Source: Planctomycetia bacterium (GTDB lineage: Bacteria; Planctomycetota; Planctomycetia; Pirellulales; UBA1268). From it: a stretch of DNA of 64,000 nucleotides. A model generated the notes under the pieces. It did not search any database and was not told where the DNA came from. It saw only the letters and a list, made by a program, of their open reading frames with translations. The position numbers and the translations under genes are program-made. How positions within the stretch are numbered: the first letter of the stretch is position 1; each line of letters starts with the position of its first letter. Shown in pieces: positions 17,557-26,283 of this stretch. The stretch lies in assembly GCA_037129475.1 (NCBI GenBank), contig JBAXUY010000002.1:50170-114169 (forward strand), read 5' to 3'.

Positions 17557-18879
17557 TCACGCGCCGAGGCGGGCGGCGAGCTCCTCGAGCGGCACGCCCT
17601 TCGTCTCGGGCACCATCGTGAGCACCCACGCGAGCTGCAGCACCATCATCCCGCAGAAGAACGCGAACACCGCGCTCGGCGGAAAGAGCGTCACGAGCGT
17701 CGGGAACACCGTCGTGATCAGGGCCGCCATGATCCAGTGCGTGGCACAGCCCACCGCCTGTCCCTTCGCCCGGAAGCGATCGGGGAAGATTTCCGAGATA
17801 AACACCCAGATGACCGCCCCCTGGCCCACGGCGTGGGCCGCGATGAAGGCGAAGATGCAGGCCGGCACGATCGCGAACGTGCCCGTGGCGAACGCCCAGG
17901 CGCAGAGGCCGAGCGAGGCGATGTAGCCGAGCGAACCGACCACGAGCAGCGTGCGCCGGCCGAGCCGGTCGATGAGCCACACGCCCACGAACGTGAACAC
18001 GAGATTCGCAATCCCGATGCCCACCGACTGCAGGAGCGCCGCCTTTTCGCCGAGCCCCGCCATCTCGAAGATTCGCGGCGCGAAGTAGAGCACGGCGTTG
18101 ATTCCCGAGAGCTGGTTGAAGAACGCGATCAGAAAGGCGAGCAGGAGCGGCCGCCCGAGTCGCCCGGGGTTCGCGGTGGTGCCTGCGAAGGGTCGCGAGG
18201 CGGCCACGATCCGGTCGGCCGTCGCCGCGCGGTCCACGCTCGACGCCCGCGGATTCATCCGCGCGAGCACCGCGATCGCCCGGTCGCGATCGCCAGGTGC
18301 ATCGCGCAGCAGAAGCCAACGCGGGCTTTCCGGAATCACGAGGACGGCGAGCGTGTAAGCGAACGCGGGAAACGCCTCGGCACCCAGCATCCACCGCCAG
18401 TCGTTCGGTACGCCCTCGAGCAGGTAGTTGGAGAGAAAGGCCGCGAGGATGCCGAGCACGATGTTGAACTGGAACATGCCGGCCAGCCGTCCGCGGGATG
18501 CCGGAGGCGAGATCTCAGAGATGTAGAGAGGCGAGGTGATCGTCGAGATGCCCACGCCGAGACCGCCGATGAACCGGGCCACGATGAACGACCAGACGTC
18601 CGTGGCGAGGCCACTCCACACGGCCGATACGAAGTAGAGGGCACCGATCCAGAAGAGCGTGGGCCGCCGGCCGAGCCGGTCGGTGGGCCAGGCGCCGAAC
18701 ATCGCTCCGAGCACCGTGCCGTAGAGGGCCGAGGCCATCGCCACGCCGTGGAGCGCGGGGCTCAGGCCCCAGAGCGACTGGATGGTCTTCTCCGCGCCAG
18801 AGATCACGACCGTGTCGAATCCGAACAGAAAGCCGGCCAGCGCCGACACGATCGACCAGACGACGATGGATCCGTTCAC
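17557..18879 (-). CDS. MFS sugar porter family transporter
   Basis: LAGFLFGFDTVVISGA, DRLGRRPTL, PESPRWL and a C-terminal PETKG motif are all sugar-porter signatures. Confidence 0.9.
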   Translation of the reverse strand: MNGSIVVWSIVSALAGFLFGFDTVVISGAEKTIQSLWGLSPALHGVAMASALYGTVLGAMFGAWPTDRLGRRPTLFWIGALYFVSAVWSGLATDVWSFIVARFIGGLGVGISTITSPLYISEISPPASRGRLAGMFQFNIVLGILAAFLSNYLLEGVPNDWRWMLGAEAFPAFAYTLAVLVIPESPRWLLLRDAPGDRDRAIAVLARMNPRASSVDRAATADRIVAASRPFAGTTANPGRLGRPLLLAFLIAFFNQLSGINAVLYFAPRIFEMAGLGEKAALLQSVGIGIANLVFTFVGVWLIDRLGRRTLLVVGSLGYIASLGLCAWAFATGTFAIVPACIFAFIAAHAVGQGAVIWVFISEIFPDRFRAKGQAVGCATHWIMAALITTVFPTLVTLFPPSAVFAFFCGMMVLQLAWVLTMVPETKGVPLEELAARLGA

Positions 18880-18909
18880 GGGGCCCCTTTTTTCAAGAAG
18901 CGGAGAAGT

Positions 18910-19740
18910 CTAACCGATCCGACGCGATTCCTTGTCGAGGGCGGCCACGACGAACTCGATCGCCACTCCGCCCATGCGGCGCTCAAAGGCCGCCCGGTCC
19001 TCGCCCGGGGGCCCCTCCAGCACCGCCTCGTGCGGAATGCCGAGCGCCACGAGTTTGCCGTGGAGCCTGCCGGCGCCGTCGTGCCAGTGGAGATCATCCG
19101 GGCTGCTTGCAAACCACTGGTGGCGCGGCCAGTTGAGCGGATGGACGTGGAGGATCGCCGTGTCTTGCCTGGCCCGCTCGACGTCGCCAAACGTTTCCCA
19201 GAGCGTGTCGAAGAGCTCGCCATCATCGCGGTCGGCCGCCTGCCGCATCCCGAGGTGAAAATCGAGGGCCGGCGCGACGGCGGCTGCGATCGGAAACACG
19301 CCGGGATGTCGGTAGGCCAGCCGCAACGCACCCTGGCCCCCCATCCCGACTCCGACGAGCGCGATACCCGGCGGCTGCACGCCGAACCGCGCGTTGATCT
19401 CGGCGACGACGGAGTTGCACACGAACCGCTCAGGCGACATGCCGCGGTCGAACGTGGGCAGGATCCGGTCGAGCCACCAGGAGCGTCCCGCGAGCGGTGC
19501 GATCGTCGGCAGGCCGGCCGACTCCACCGCGGCGCGGAGATCATCGGCCTGTGCGAATGGCACACCGTCGAGGTCATGCAGAAAGATGACCGCCCGGCCC
19601 GGGAGCGCCTCGGGGGGCGCAAACACCTCGCACGAATGGCCGGCGACGGTCACGCGCGACCAGTGCAGACGGGGCGGGATCGTCATGACGGGTGGGTCCT
19701 GGGGCGGCATTCCTGCGGCCCTGAAATCTGATACGCTCAT
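18910..19740 (-). CDS. Esterase D/putative-esterase family alpha/beta-hydrolase-like protein (nucleophile Ser apparently replaced by Gly)
   Basis: GRAVIFLHDLDG ... IALVGVGMGGQGALRLAYRHPGVFP aligns with the family motif G-x-S-M-G-G-x-G-A-L but reads G-V-G-M-G-G. Alternative starts at 19710 or 19686. Confidence 0.65.
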   Translation of the reverse strand: MSVSDFRAAGMPPQDPPVMTIPPRLHWSRVTVAGHSCEVFAPPEALPGRAVIFLHDLDGVPFAQADDLRAAVESAGLPTIAPLAGRSWWLDRILPTFDRGMSPERFVCNSVVAEINARFGVQPPGIALVGVGMGGQGALRLAYRHPGVFPIAAAVAPALDFHLGMRQAADRDDGELFDTLWETFGDVERARQDTAILHVHPLNWPRHQWFASSPDDLHWHDGAGRLHGKLVALGIPHEAVLEGPPGEDRAAFERRMGGVAIEFVVAALDKESRRIG

Positions 19741-19748
19741 GCCCGATC

Positions 19749-20303
19749 ATGCGCACGCTACTCTCGTCCGCACAACTCGCCGAGGGAATTGAACGGCTCG
19801 CGGCCGAGGTGCGCAGCGAAACGATCGAAAAACCGCTCACCGTGATCGGGGTGCTCACCGGGTCGATCATGGTCGTGGCCGACCTGATCCGGCGGCTCGA
19901 GGGGCCCGTGCAGCTCAACATGGTGTGGGCCAGCAGCTACCGCGGCACGGCCACGTCGCCCGGCCGTCTCGACCTGCGGCTTGACCTCCTGCCCGATCTC
20001 ACCGGGCACGACGTGCTCGTCGTCGACGACATTTTCGACTCCGGCCGCACGATGCAGGCGCTCATGGAGGAATTGCGGCGGCTCGGCGCCGCGCGGGTGC
20101 GATCGCTCGTGCTCCTGCGGAAGCAGGGACGGGCCGAGGTGGCGATGGAGCCCGACTTCGTGGGCTTCGACATCCCCGACGCGTTCGTCGTGGGGTATGG
20201 CCTCGATTTCGACGGACTGTGGCGGCACTTGCCGTATCTCGCGGCACTCGACGACGACGACATCGCCCGCCACACCGCAGCCACCGCCGGTGCGGGCGGA
20301 TGA
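19749..20303 (+). CDS. hpt: Hypoxanthine phosphoribosyltransferase
   Basis: VIGVLTGSIMVVADLIR ... SSYRG ... PRPP-binding site VLVVDDIFDSGRTM ... FVVGYGLDF. Confidence 0.9.
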   Translation: MRTLLSSAQLAEGIERLAAEVRSETIEKPLTVIGVLTGSIMVVADLIRRLEGPVQLNMVWASSYRGTATSPGRLDLRLDLLPDLTGHDVLVVDDIFDSGRTMQALMEELRRLGAARVRSLVLLRKQGRAEVAMEPDFVGFDIPDAFVVGYGLDFDGLWRHLPYLAALDDDDIARHTAATAGAGG

Positions 20304-21391
20304 CCGGGCAGCCGCCGAGGGCGATGCTCATGGTCGCGCGCGGGCTCGACCCCGTGGGTACCGGCCGCCAGATCGAACTCGCGGCGGAAGCATTTCGTGC
20401 CGCCGGATGGAATGTGGCACTCGCGGTGGGCACGGTGGACGGCTCCGTGCCCACGCGGCTCGCGGCACGTGGGTTCCCGGTACACCGCATCGGCTTCCGG
20501 CCCGAGTTCGATACTGCCGTGGCGCTGCGGCTTGCGGGATTGTGTCGCAGGCTGAAGCCGTCGGTGATGCACGCCTGGGGCCGATCAGCGGCGCTTTGCA
20601 CGGGCGCGATCCGGCCGCTCGGCGGCCGCGTCGCGGCTGTCGCGCATCTGGCCACGGGGCCTCGATCGCGCCGGCTCGGGTGGGCCCTCGCGCGGCTCGA
20701 CCGCGTGATCACGGTGTCGGCCGGCGTCGCGGGCCGCTGCGAAGCGGTTGGCGTGCGATCGGGCCGGATCGACATCCTGCCACCCGGCATCGACCCTGCT
20801 GAGCCGGCGGGGCTGTCGAGGGAGGAACTGGCCGCACGGCTCGGCCTCCGCACCGACACGCAGTGGACGCTGTGCGTCGCCCCGCTCACGTGGGAAGCCC
20901 GGCTCGAGCGGCTGTTGTGGGCAATCGATCAACTGGCCGTCGTTCACCGTGGCGTCGAGCACGTGCTCGTGGGGCGGGGACCGCTCGCGGCTCGGATGCA
21001 CAGAAGGGCCCGGGTGCAGCATCTCGCCGAACGGCTGCACGTCGTGCCGCACTGCGACGCCCTGCCCGATCTGGTGCGGGCCAGCCAGCTCGTCTGGCAG
21101 TCGGGCGACGTGGCCTACGGCGGTGCGATCCTCGATGCCATGGCTTGCGGCGTGCCGGCCGTCGCCGTGGCGAGTGATGCCGCGCGGCAACTGATCGCCG
21201 ACGGCGTGACGGGGCGCGTCGTGGCGGCCGACCCGGAGAGTGAGTTTCCGCGGCGGGCGTTCAACGTGCTCGAGGATGCAGAGCTGGCCACACGCTACGG
21301 CGACGCGGCACGGGTGCGTGTTGCCGGGCAGTTTTCCGCCGGGCCGGCGCTCGCGCGGCACGTCGAGGCGGTGGAACGGCTGGTGGCGTAG
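20300..21391 (+). CDS. Glycosyltransferase family 1 (GT4-like)
   Basis: The ATG at 20300 overlaps the hpt stop (ATGA). The N-terminal Rossmann half reads LMVARGLDPVGTGRQIELAAEAFRAAGWNV. The C-terminal half carries a GT1-type EX7E-like region (YGGAILDAMACGVPAVAV ... LIADGVTGRVV). Confidence 0.8.
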   Translation: MTGQPPRAMLMVARGLDPVGTGRQIELAAEAFRAAGWNVALAVGTVDGSVPTRLAARGFPVHRIGFRPEFDTAVALRLAGLCRRLKPSVMHAWGRSAALCTGAIRPLGGRVAAVAHLATGPRSRRLGWALARLDRVITVSAGVAGRCEAVGVRSGRIDILPPGIDPAEPAGLSREELAARLGLRTDTQWTLCVAPLTWEARLERLLWAIDQLAVVHRGVEHVLVGRGPLAARMHRRARVQHLAERLHVVPHCDALPDLVRASQLVWQSGDVAYGGAILDAMACGVPAVAVASDAARQLIADGVTGRVVAADPESEFPRRAFNVLEDAELATRYGDAARVRVAGQFSAGPALARHVEAVERLVA

Positions 21392-21442
21392 GGACGGAGC
21401 TCCAGCTCTGTCCGTTCGACAGGCCTGGAGGCCTGTCGCTAC
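21388..21442 (+). repeat. REP-like two-hairpin palindromic element (copy b, most complete in this orientation)
   Basis: GTAGGGACGGAGCT-CC-AGCTCTGTCC-GTT-CGACAGGCCT-GG-AGGCCTGTCG-CTAC. It lies between convergent genes. The TAG of the glycosyltransferase (21389..21391) and the stop of fhcA (CTA on the plus strand, 21439..21441) are both inside it. Confidence 0.85.
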
Positions 21443-22938
21443 GCCGTCAGTGTCTGGCCTGATGGCAGAGCCTTCACCTCGCCGTCCTCGGCCACGAGCA
21501 TGCCTGCCTTGTACGCCCGGGCAGGCATCGAAAACATCCGCGCGAGATCGCTATTCGGCCGATAGAGGGTGATGTCGGCATCGGCCCCGACGCCGAGATG
21601 GCCCTTGTGCGCGAGGCCCGCGATCCGGGCGGGTGCGGCCCGCGTCACGATGCACAGTTCCTGGAGCGAGTATTCGCGGCTGATTCCGGCGAGCGGGCTT
21701 CGCTTCCGCACCGCGGGATGGATGCGAGCGATCGCCTCTCGGCGGAAGGCCTCGTCGCCCAAGAGCTGCATCAGTACGGGATACGCCGTGAAGTGGGCGC
21801 CGTTCGGATGGTCGGTCGAGAGGGCCACCCGCCACGGATCGGTGACGGTGAGAAACCACTCGAGGCCGATCGCCCACTGCCAGGCATGGATCAGGCTCTT
21901 TTCCTTGTACGCGATCGGCAGCACGCCGCAGCCACCCTCGAGATGCAGGTCGTGCGACATCCAGGGCGTGCCGGTGGCATGGGCGAGATGCTCCGCGGCG
22001 GCCGAGTCGCCCGTCATCGCCACCGTGTCGCCGAACAGGATCTGCCCGACGTCGAGCGTAAGTGTGTCATTGGCGTTGAAGTGTTCCACGAGCGGGGCGA
22101 CGCCCGACCCGAACGAGCCCTCGTCGAGATCGCCTCCTGAATAACTGTGGAACTGCACGTGGGCGAGATGGGCAGGCAGACCGTCGAACGTGCGCATCGT
22201 CTCGAGCATCGTCCGCCAGTTGCCCGGTAGTCCAAGATTCGCCGTGTGCACGTGGAGCGGATGCGGCAGGCCGATGGCCTGCACCGCTCGTGCGAGCCGG
22301 TCGAGGATCTGTCGGGGGGTGACCTGCCGGTCAGGGAGCGGCGTGTCGAGATCGTGATGGTCGCCGCGCCGACCGTGCTTCCAGAACGACGGCCCGCCCG
22401 GATTCGCCACCTTCACGGCCCAGCCCCTGCCGGCCCGCACTTTCTTGGCGAGCAGGGCCTCGCAGCGGGGCACGTCGTTGGCCGCGAGGGCGTCGAGCAT
22501 GTCGGCGTCGTCGGCCGCGAGGAGATAGATGCCCTTGTCGAGGATCGGCAGCTCGTCGAGCTCTGCGTGGGCGATCGCAGCCGCGCCGGTGGCGATCGCG
22601 GCGTCGAACACGGTGGTGTAGCCGAGGGCGGCGTAGAGGCCGCCCGTCGCGTGGATCGTGGGCACGGCGGCCGGGTGGGGAGAACGGTGGCGGGCGAGGT
22701 GGGGCGCGATCCGCCGGCCCGCGTTCACCTTCGGGCCCGCGACGTGGCTGTGGAGATCGACGCCACCCGGCATCACGACGAGCCCCGCGGCATCGACGGC
22801 AGTGAAGGCAGCCGGGTCGGTCGGTCGCCCGACGATCTTCCCGCCTTCGATCCAGATGTCAGCCACGACGCCGTCACGGTCGTTGGCCGGATCGTGGATC
22901 GTGCCACCGCGCAGGACGAACCGGTGCGTCGCGTTCAT
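21439..22938 (-). CDS. fhcA: Formylmethanofuran dehydrogenase/formyltransferase-hydrolase complex subunit A (amidohydrolase)
   Basis: ORF 21439..23301 trimmed to MNATHRFVLRGGTIHDPAN ... VVMPGGVDLHSHVAGPKVN ... LPHPLHVHTANLG ... AHLAHVQFHSY ... STDHPNG ... GADADITLY. Full-length FwdA/FhcA pattern. Confidence 0.85.
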   Translation of the reverse strand: MNATHRFVLRGGTIHDPANDRDGVVADIWIEGGKIVGRPTDPAAFTAVDAAGLVVMPGGVDLHSHVAGPKVNAGRRIAPHLARHRSPHPAAVPTIHATGGLYAALGYTTVFDAAIATGAAAIAHAELDELPILDKGIYLLAADDADMLDALAANDVPRCEALLAKKVRAGRGWAVKVANPGGPSFWKHGRRGDHHDLDTPLPDRQVTPRQILDRLARAVQAIGLPHPLHVHTANLGLPGNWRTMLETMRTFDGLPAHLAHVQFHSYSGGDLDEGSFGSGVAPLVEHFNANDTLTLDVGQILFGDTVAMTGDSAAAEHLAHATGTPWMSHDLHLEGGCGVLPIAYKEKSLIHAWQWAIGLEWFLTVTDPWRVALSTDHPNGAHFTAYPVLMQLLGDEAFRREAIARIHPAVRKRSPLAGISREYSLQELCIVTRAAPARIAGLAHKGHLGVGADADITLYRPNSDLARMFSMPARAYKAGMLVAEDGEVKALPSGQTLTA

Positions 22939-23840
22939 CGACGGCCTCCGTGCGTCTGCACGCCGATGGCCGCCAGCAACGCTCGCAGCGGTTCCACGTC
23001 GGCTGGCATGCGGATGACGGTCAGGGCCTCGCCGCGGCGTGTGATGGCATCTGCGACGGCCTCGGCGAGCCGGCCGACGGCGACGACGCAGTCGACCTCG
23101 CCCCGTTCCACGAGCCGGCGGGCCGAAGCTTCGCCGGGAAGGAACCGGCCGCCATCGCGATCGGCCCGCGCGATCGCCCCGGCGGCACCGTACCGCCACG
23201 TGCACGTCGCAGCCGCAGCGGCATGGTCGGCCGCCCCGAGGGGAATCTCGAAGGCAGGTTTTGCATGGGCGATCTCGCGGACGAGATGCGTGATGGCCCA
23301 CGGCTCGAGCCCGAGCGCATCGGCCGAATCATCGGTCACGAGCGCCACACACGAGGCCTTCGCGATCGCCGCCCGTGCGGCGACGCATGCCTCGACCAAC
23401 GGGCCGCGCGCCGTGGGCGGCTCACCGCCGCGCACGAGATGCTGGAGAAGCCGCGCCGCTTCGACCGACGACGCCGGTGTCGGCGGCATCCGCAGAACCA
23501 CGGCACGCTGCGGCAGGAGTGCGGCGACCGCCGGATGCGTGGCAGCCGGGTCGCAGCCCCAGAGGATCACGAGATCGGCGCGATCACGCATTTCTTCGAC
23601 ATCGGCCGTCACGGCCCCGGCCCGGGCGATCGTCGGGCCTGCCGGCCGATCGACGTCGGCTGCCCCGAAGTCGATCGCCGCCCCGAGGGCCTCGGCGAGG
23701 TCGCAGGCCGCCCGGATGGCTTCGGCTGATGCGCCGCGCAGCCCCGTGAGAAGCACACGGCGGGCGTGTGTGAGTTGCGCGGCGCGCCGGTCGGGGTCGC
23801 CCGTGGGAAGCGGAGCCTGAGTCGCCGCGCGCGGCATCAT
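22935..23840 (-). CDS. fhcB: Formylmethanofuran dehydrogenase subunit B-like protein (FhcB/FwdB family)
   Basis: ORF 22935..24131 trimmed to the ATGATG at 23840. It shows the FwdB-like pattern LLTGLRGASAEAIRAACDLAEALGAAIDFG...VTADVEEMRDRADLVILWGCDP. ATGA overlaps link it to both neighbours. Confidence 0.6.
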   Translation of the reverse strand: MMPRAATQAPLPTGDPDRRAAQLTHARRVLLTGLRGASAEAIRAACDLAEALGAAIDFGAADVDRPAGPTIARAGAVTADVEEMRDRADLVILWGCDPAATHPAVAALLPQRAVVLRMPPTPASSVEAARLLQHLVRGGEPPTARGPLVEACVAARAAIAKASCVALVTDDSADALGLEPWAITHLVREIAHAKPAFEIPLGAADHAAAAATCTWRYGAAGAIARADRDGGRFLPGEASARRLVERGEVDCVVAVGRLAEAVADAITRRGEALTVIRMPADVEPLRALLAAIGVQTHGGRR

Positions 23841-24865
23841 GACTTCGGCAGCACCCAGATGTTGCGATAGCGCACGGGATTGGTGTGGTTCTGCAGGTGC
23901 AGCGGCCCCGTGGGCTGCTCTTGTTTCTGAGGGCCGCCGGGGGTGATCTTGGGCACTTCCACGTCGTCCTGGATCACGACACCATTGTGCCGCACGGTCA
24001 TGCGAGCCGGCTTCACCTTGGCGCCGTTCTCGAACCGTGGCGCCGTGAAGTCGATGTCGTAGGTCTGCCACGAAAGCGGCGGCAGGCACATGTTCACGCT
24101 CGGGGCCGCCACGGAGTAGACACCGCCGCACTCGTTGTTTTTCCCTTCGAGCCCGAAGCTGTCGAGCATCTGCACCTCGTAGCAGCCCTGTACGTAGGCC
24201 CCGCTATTGCCGCGCTTCTGGCCGCGCTCGTGCGGCTGATACGGAAGACAAAACTCGACGTGCCAGCGGGCGTCGCCGAAGGAATCGGCCGTCGTGACCC
24301 CTTCCATCAACAGTCCGTCATCGGTGATCCGTGGGCTCACGAGCGTCTTCGTCTCATCGACCGGACCGGCCCCGTCGAAGATCACGATGGCACCGGCCGG
24401 TGGTTTCTCACCGAGCGTGGGGCTCTTCCGCTCGACCTTTGGAAACGACGCCACCGCGTTGCCGTCGTCACCCAGCATCACAACGGCCCCGTCGCGAATC
24501 TCGCCGCGCCGCTTCTGGCCGGTCCAGTCGACACCCTCGAGCGTGACGACGGCCTTGCCCCCGGCGTCGGTCCGCGTGCCCTTGCCAACGACCTTGTTCG
24601 GCCGGCTCCAGCCGTCACCGGGAAGCCCACCGGGATACGCGACCACGTCGAACGCGCCCTCGCCGAGGGCCACGACCTGAATGCCGAGCCGCAGGGGCTG
24701 GCCGTCGATCGACGCCTCGCCGGCGTATTCGCCCTGGAGGGCGAAATCAGCGTCGGCCCTGGAAGCATCCGTGAACACGGGCTTGTCGGCCGCGGCTGCC
24801 GGCGCGAGCGGGGCGATGGATGCCATGAGGCAGACGGCGAGGAACAGCCGGGCGGGCGAAAGCAT
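23837..24865 (-). CDS. DUF1080 (3-keto-disaccharide hydrolase-like, concanavalin-type) secreted protein
   Basis: ORF trimmed to MLSPARLFLAVCLMASIAPLAPAAAA (signal peptide) at 24865. C-terminal DUF1080 signature: WHVEFCLPY...NSGAYVQGCYEVQMLDS...ECGGVYS...WQTYDIDF...ARMTVRHNGVVIQDDVE...GPLHLQNHTNPVRYRNIWV. Confidence 0.8.
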   Translation of the reverse strand: MLSPARLFLAVCLMASIAPLAPAAAADKPVFTDASRADADFALQGEYAGEASIDGQPLRLGIQVVALGEGAFDVVAYPGGLPGDGWSRPNKVVGKGTRTDAGGKAVVTLEGVDWTGQKRRGEIRDGAVVMLGDDGNAVASFPKVERKSPTLGEKPPAGAIVIFDGAGPVDETKTLVSPRITDDGLLMEGVTTADSFGDARWHVEFCLPYQPHERGQKRGNSGAYVQGCYEVQMLDSFGLEGKNNECGGVYSVAAPSVNMCLPPLSWQTYDIDFTAPRFENGAKVKPARMTVRHNGVVIQDDVEVPKITPGGPQKQEQPTGPLHLQNHTNPVRYRNIWVLPKS

Positions 24866-24930
24866 GAAAGATCTCCAGGGAGAAGACAGTATGCGCCACG
24901 CCCGGAGCAGCGAGAAAGGGATGCCGCGAA

Positions 24931-26283
24931 TCAGGCGAGGCCGGTGAGCGGGCCGTCGCCGCAGTAGTCGGGGTTGCCGAACCGCACGAGCGACGTGTGA
25001 CCCATCGCGTGGGCCAGGGCCAGATGGAGCCGGTTGTGCGGCACGCCCGGGAACTGCAGGGCCCGGCCCATCTGGAACCCGAGGCCGTTGCCGATCATCA
25101 CCCAGGGGATGTCGTCGAGGGAATGGGAGTTGCCCTCGCCGAGTTCGTTCGTCCAGAGGATCGTGGTGTGGTCGAGGAGCGAGCCCGAGCTGCCCGGTTC
25201 GGGTGTTTCCGCGAGCCGCTTGGCCAGATGCGCGATCTCGCCCGCATACCAGGTGTTGATCTTCGTGAGCTTCTCCTGGGCGGCTTCGTTCGTATTCGGC
25301 TCGTGGGAGAGCTCGTGCTGCCCCTCGTCGATGCCGAGCCACTTCATGTGGGGCTGGCCGACCGAGTTGGTGAACTGCAGCGTCATGACGCGGGCGAAGT
25401 CGGCCGCCAGCGACGACACGACGAGTTCGATCTGCATCCGGCTGATCTTCGGCATCCGGTCGTTCTGTTCGACGATGCCCTGCTCGAGCACAGGCACGGA
25501 ATGCCCCACACTCTCCGTGTGGTTCGCCAGTTCCTGCTCGAAGTCGCGCACGAGCGCCGTGTGCTCCTCGAGAATCCGTCGGTCTTCGGCCGGCAGCGCC
25601 CCGGCCACCTTGGCCAGGTCTTCACGCAACTCGTCGAGCACGCTCTGCATGCTCTCGCGATCCTTCATCTGGCCGTAGAGTTTGTGGAACATCTGGTAGG
25701 GGTCGTCGATCGGAGCGACGGGCTTGTTGGGCCCGGCGTAGACCATGCGTGTCCACGTGTCGGCACGATTGGGTACGAGCACGCCGAACTCCAGCGAGCC
25801 GAAGCGGGTGGCCGTCTCGGGCCCCGTCTGGAGGTGGTTCTTGATCTCCTGGTCGATCGAGAGGCCGCTCGACCATCCCGCGGGCGTCTCGCCCCCGCCC
25901 TGGATGTTGCCGGGGAACAGTTCGATGCCGGTGAGCAGGCAGCCCATGCCGCGCATGTGGCGGTCGCCGTCGCCGCCGACCTTGTCGTGCACGCCTCGGA
26001 GCGTGAGCAGCCGGTCGCGATACGGTTCGAAGGGCTGGAGGATCGGCGGCAGTTCGGCAGGCACCTGTACGGGGCCGGGCGTGAGAAACGGCCCCGGGGT
26101 CATCGGCCAGAAGTTTTTCTTCACCACGCCGTCGGGGCTGAACACGATCACGAGCCGCCGCTTTTCCGGTGCGCCCGCCGCCGCCGCAAGACTCGGCAGG
26201 TTGCCCAGGAAGGGGAGCACTCCCGCACCGACGCCGAGCGTGCGGAGCAGATCGCGGCGCGAAAGCCGGGCGAATCTGGTCAT
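24931..26283 (-). CDS. DUF1552 family protein with Tat-type signal
   Basis: [26 protein letters not shown] (twin-arginine) ... QHELSHEPN ... [15 protein letters not shown]. This family is typically paired with DUF1592-type proteins in Planctomycetota. Confidence 0.8.
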   Translation of the reverse strand: MTRFARLSRRDLLRTLGVGAGVLPFLGNLPSLAAAAGAPEKRRLVIVFSPDGVVKKNFWPMTPGPFLTPGPVQVPAELPPILQPFEPYRDRLLTLRGVHDKVGGDGDRHMRGMGCLLTGIELFPGNIQGGGETPAGWSSGLSIDQEIKNHLQTGPETATRFGSLEFGVLVPNRADTWTRMVYAGPNKPVAPIDDPYQMFHKLYGQMKDRESMQSVLDELREDLAKVAGALPAEDRRILEEHTALVRDFEQELANHTESVGHSVPVLEQGIVEQNDRMPKISRMQIELVVSSLAADFARVMTLQFTNSVGQPHMKWLGIDEGQHELSHEPNTNEAAQEKLTKINTWYAGEIAHLAKRLAETPEPGSSGSLLDHTTILWTNELGEGNSHSLDDIPWVMIGNGLGFQMGRALQFPGVPHNRLHLALAHAMGHTSLVRFGNPDYCGDGPLTGLA

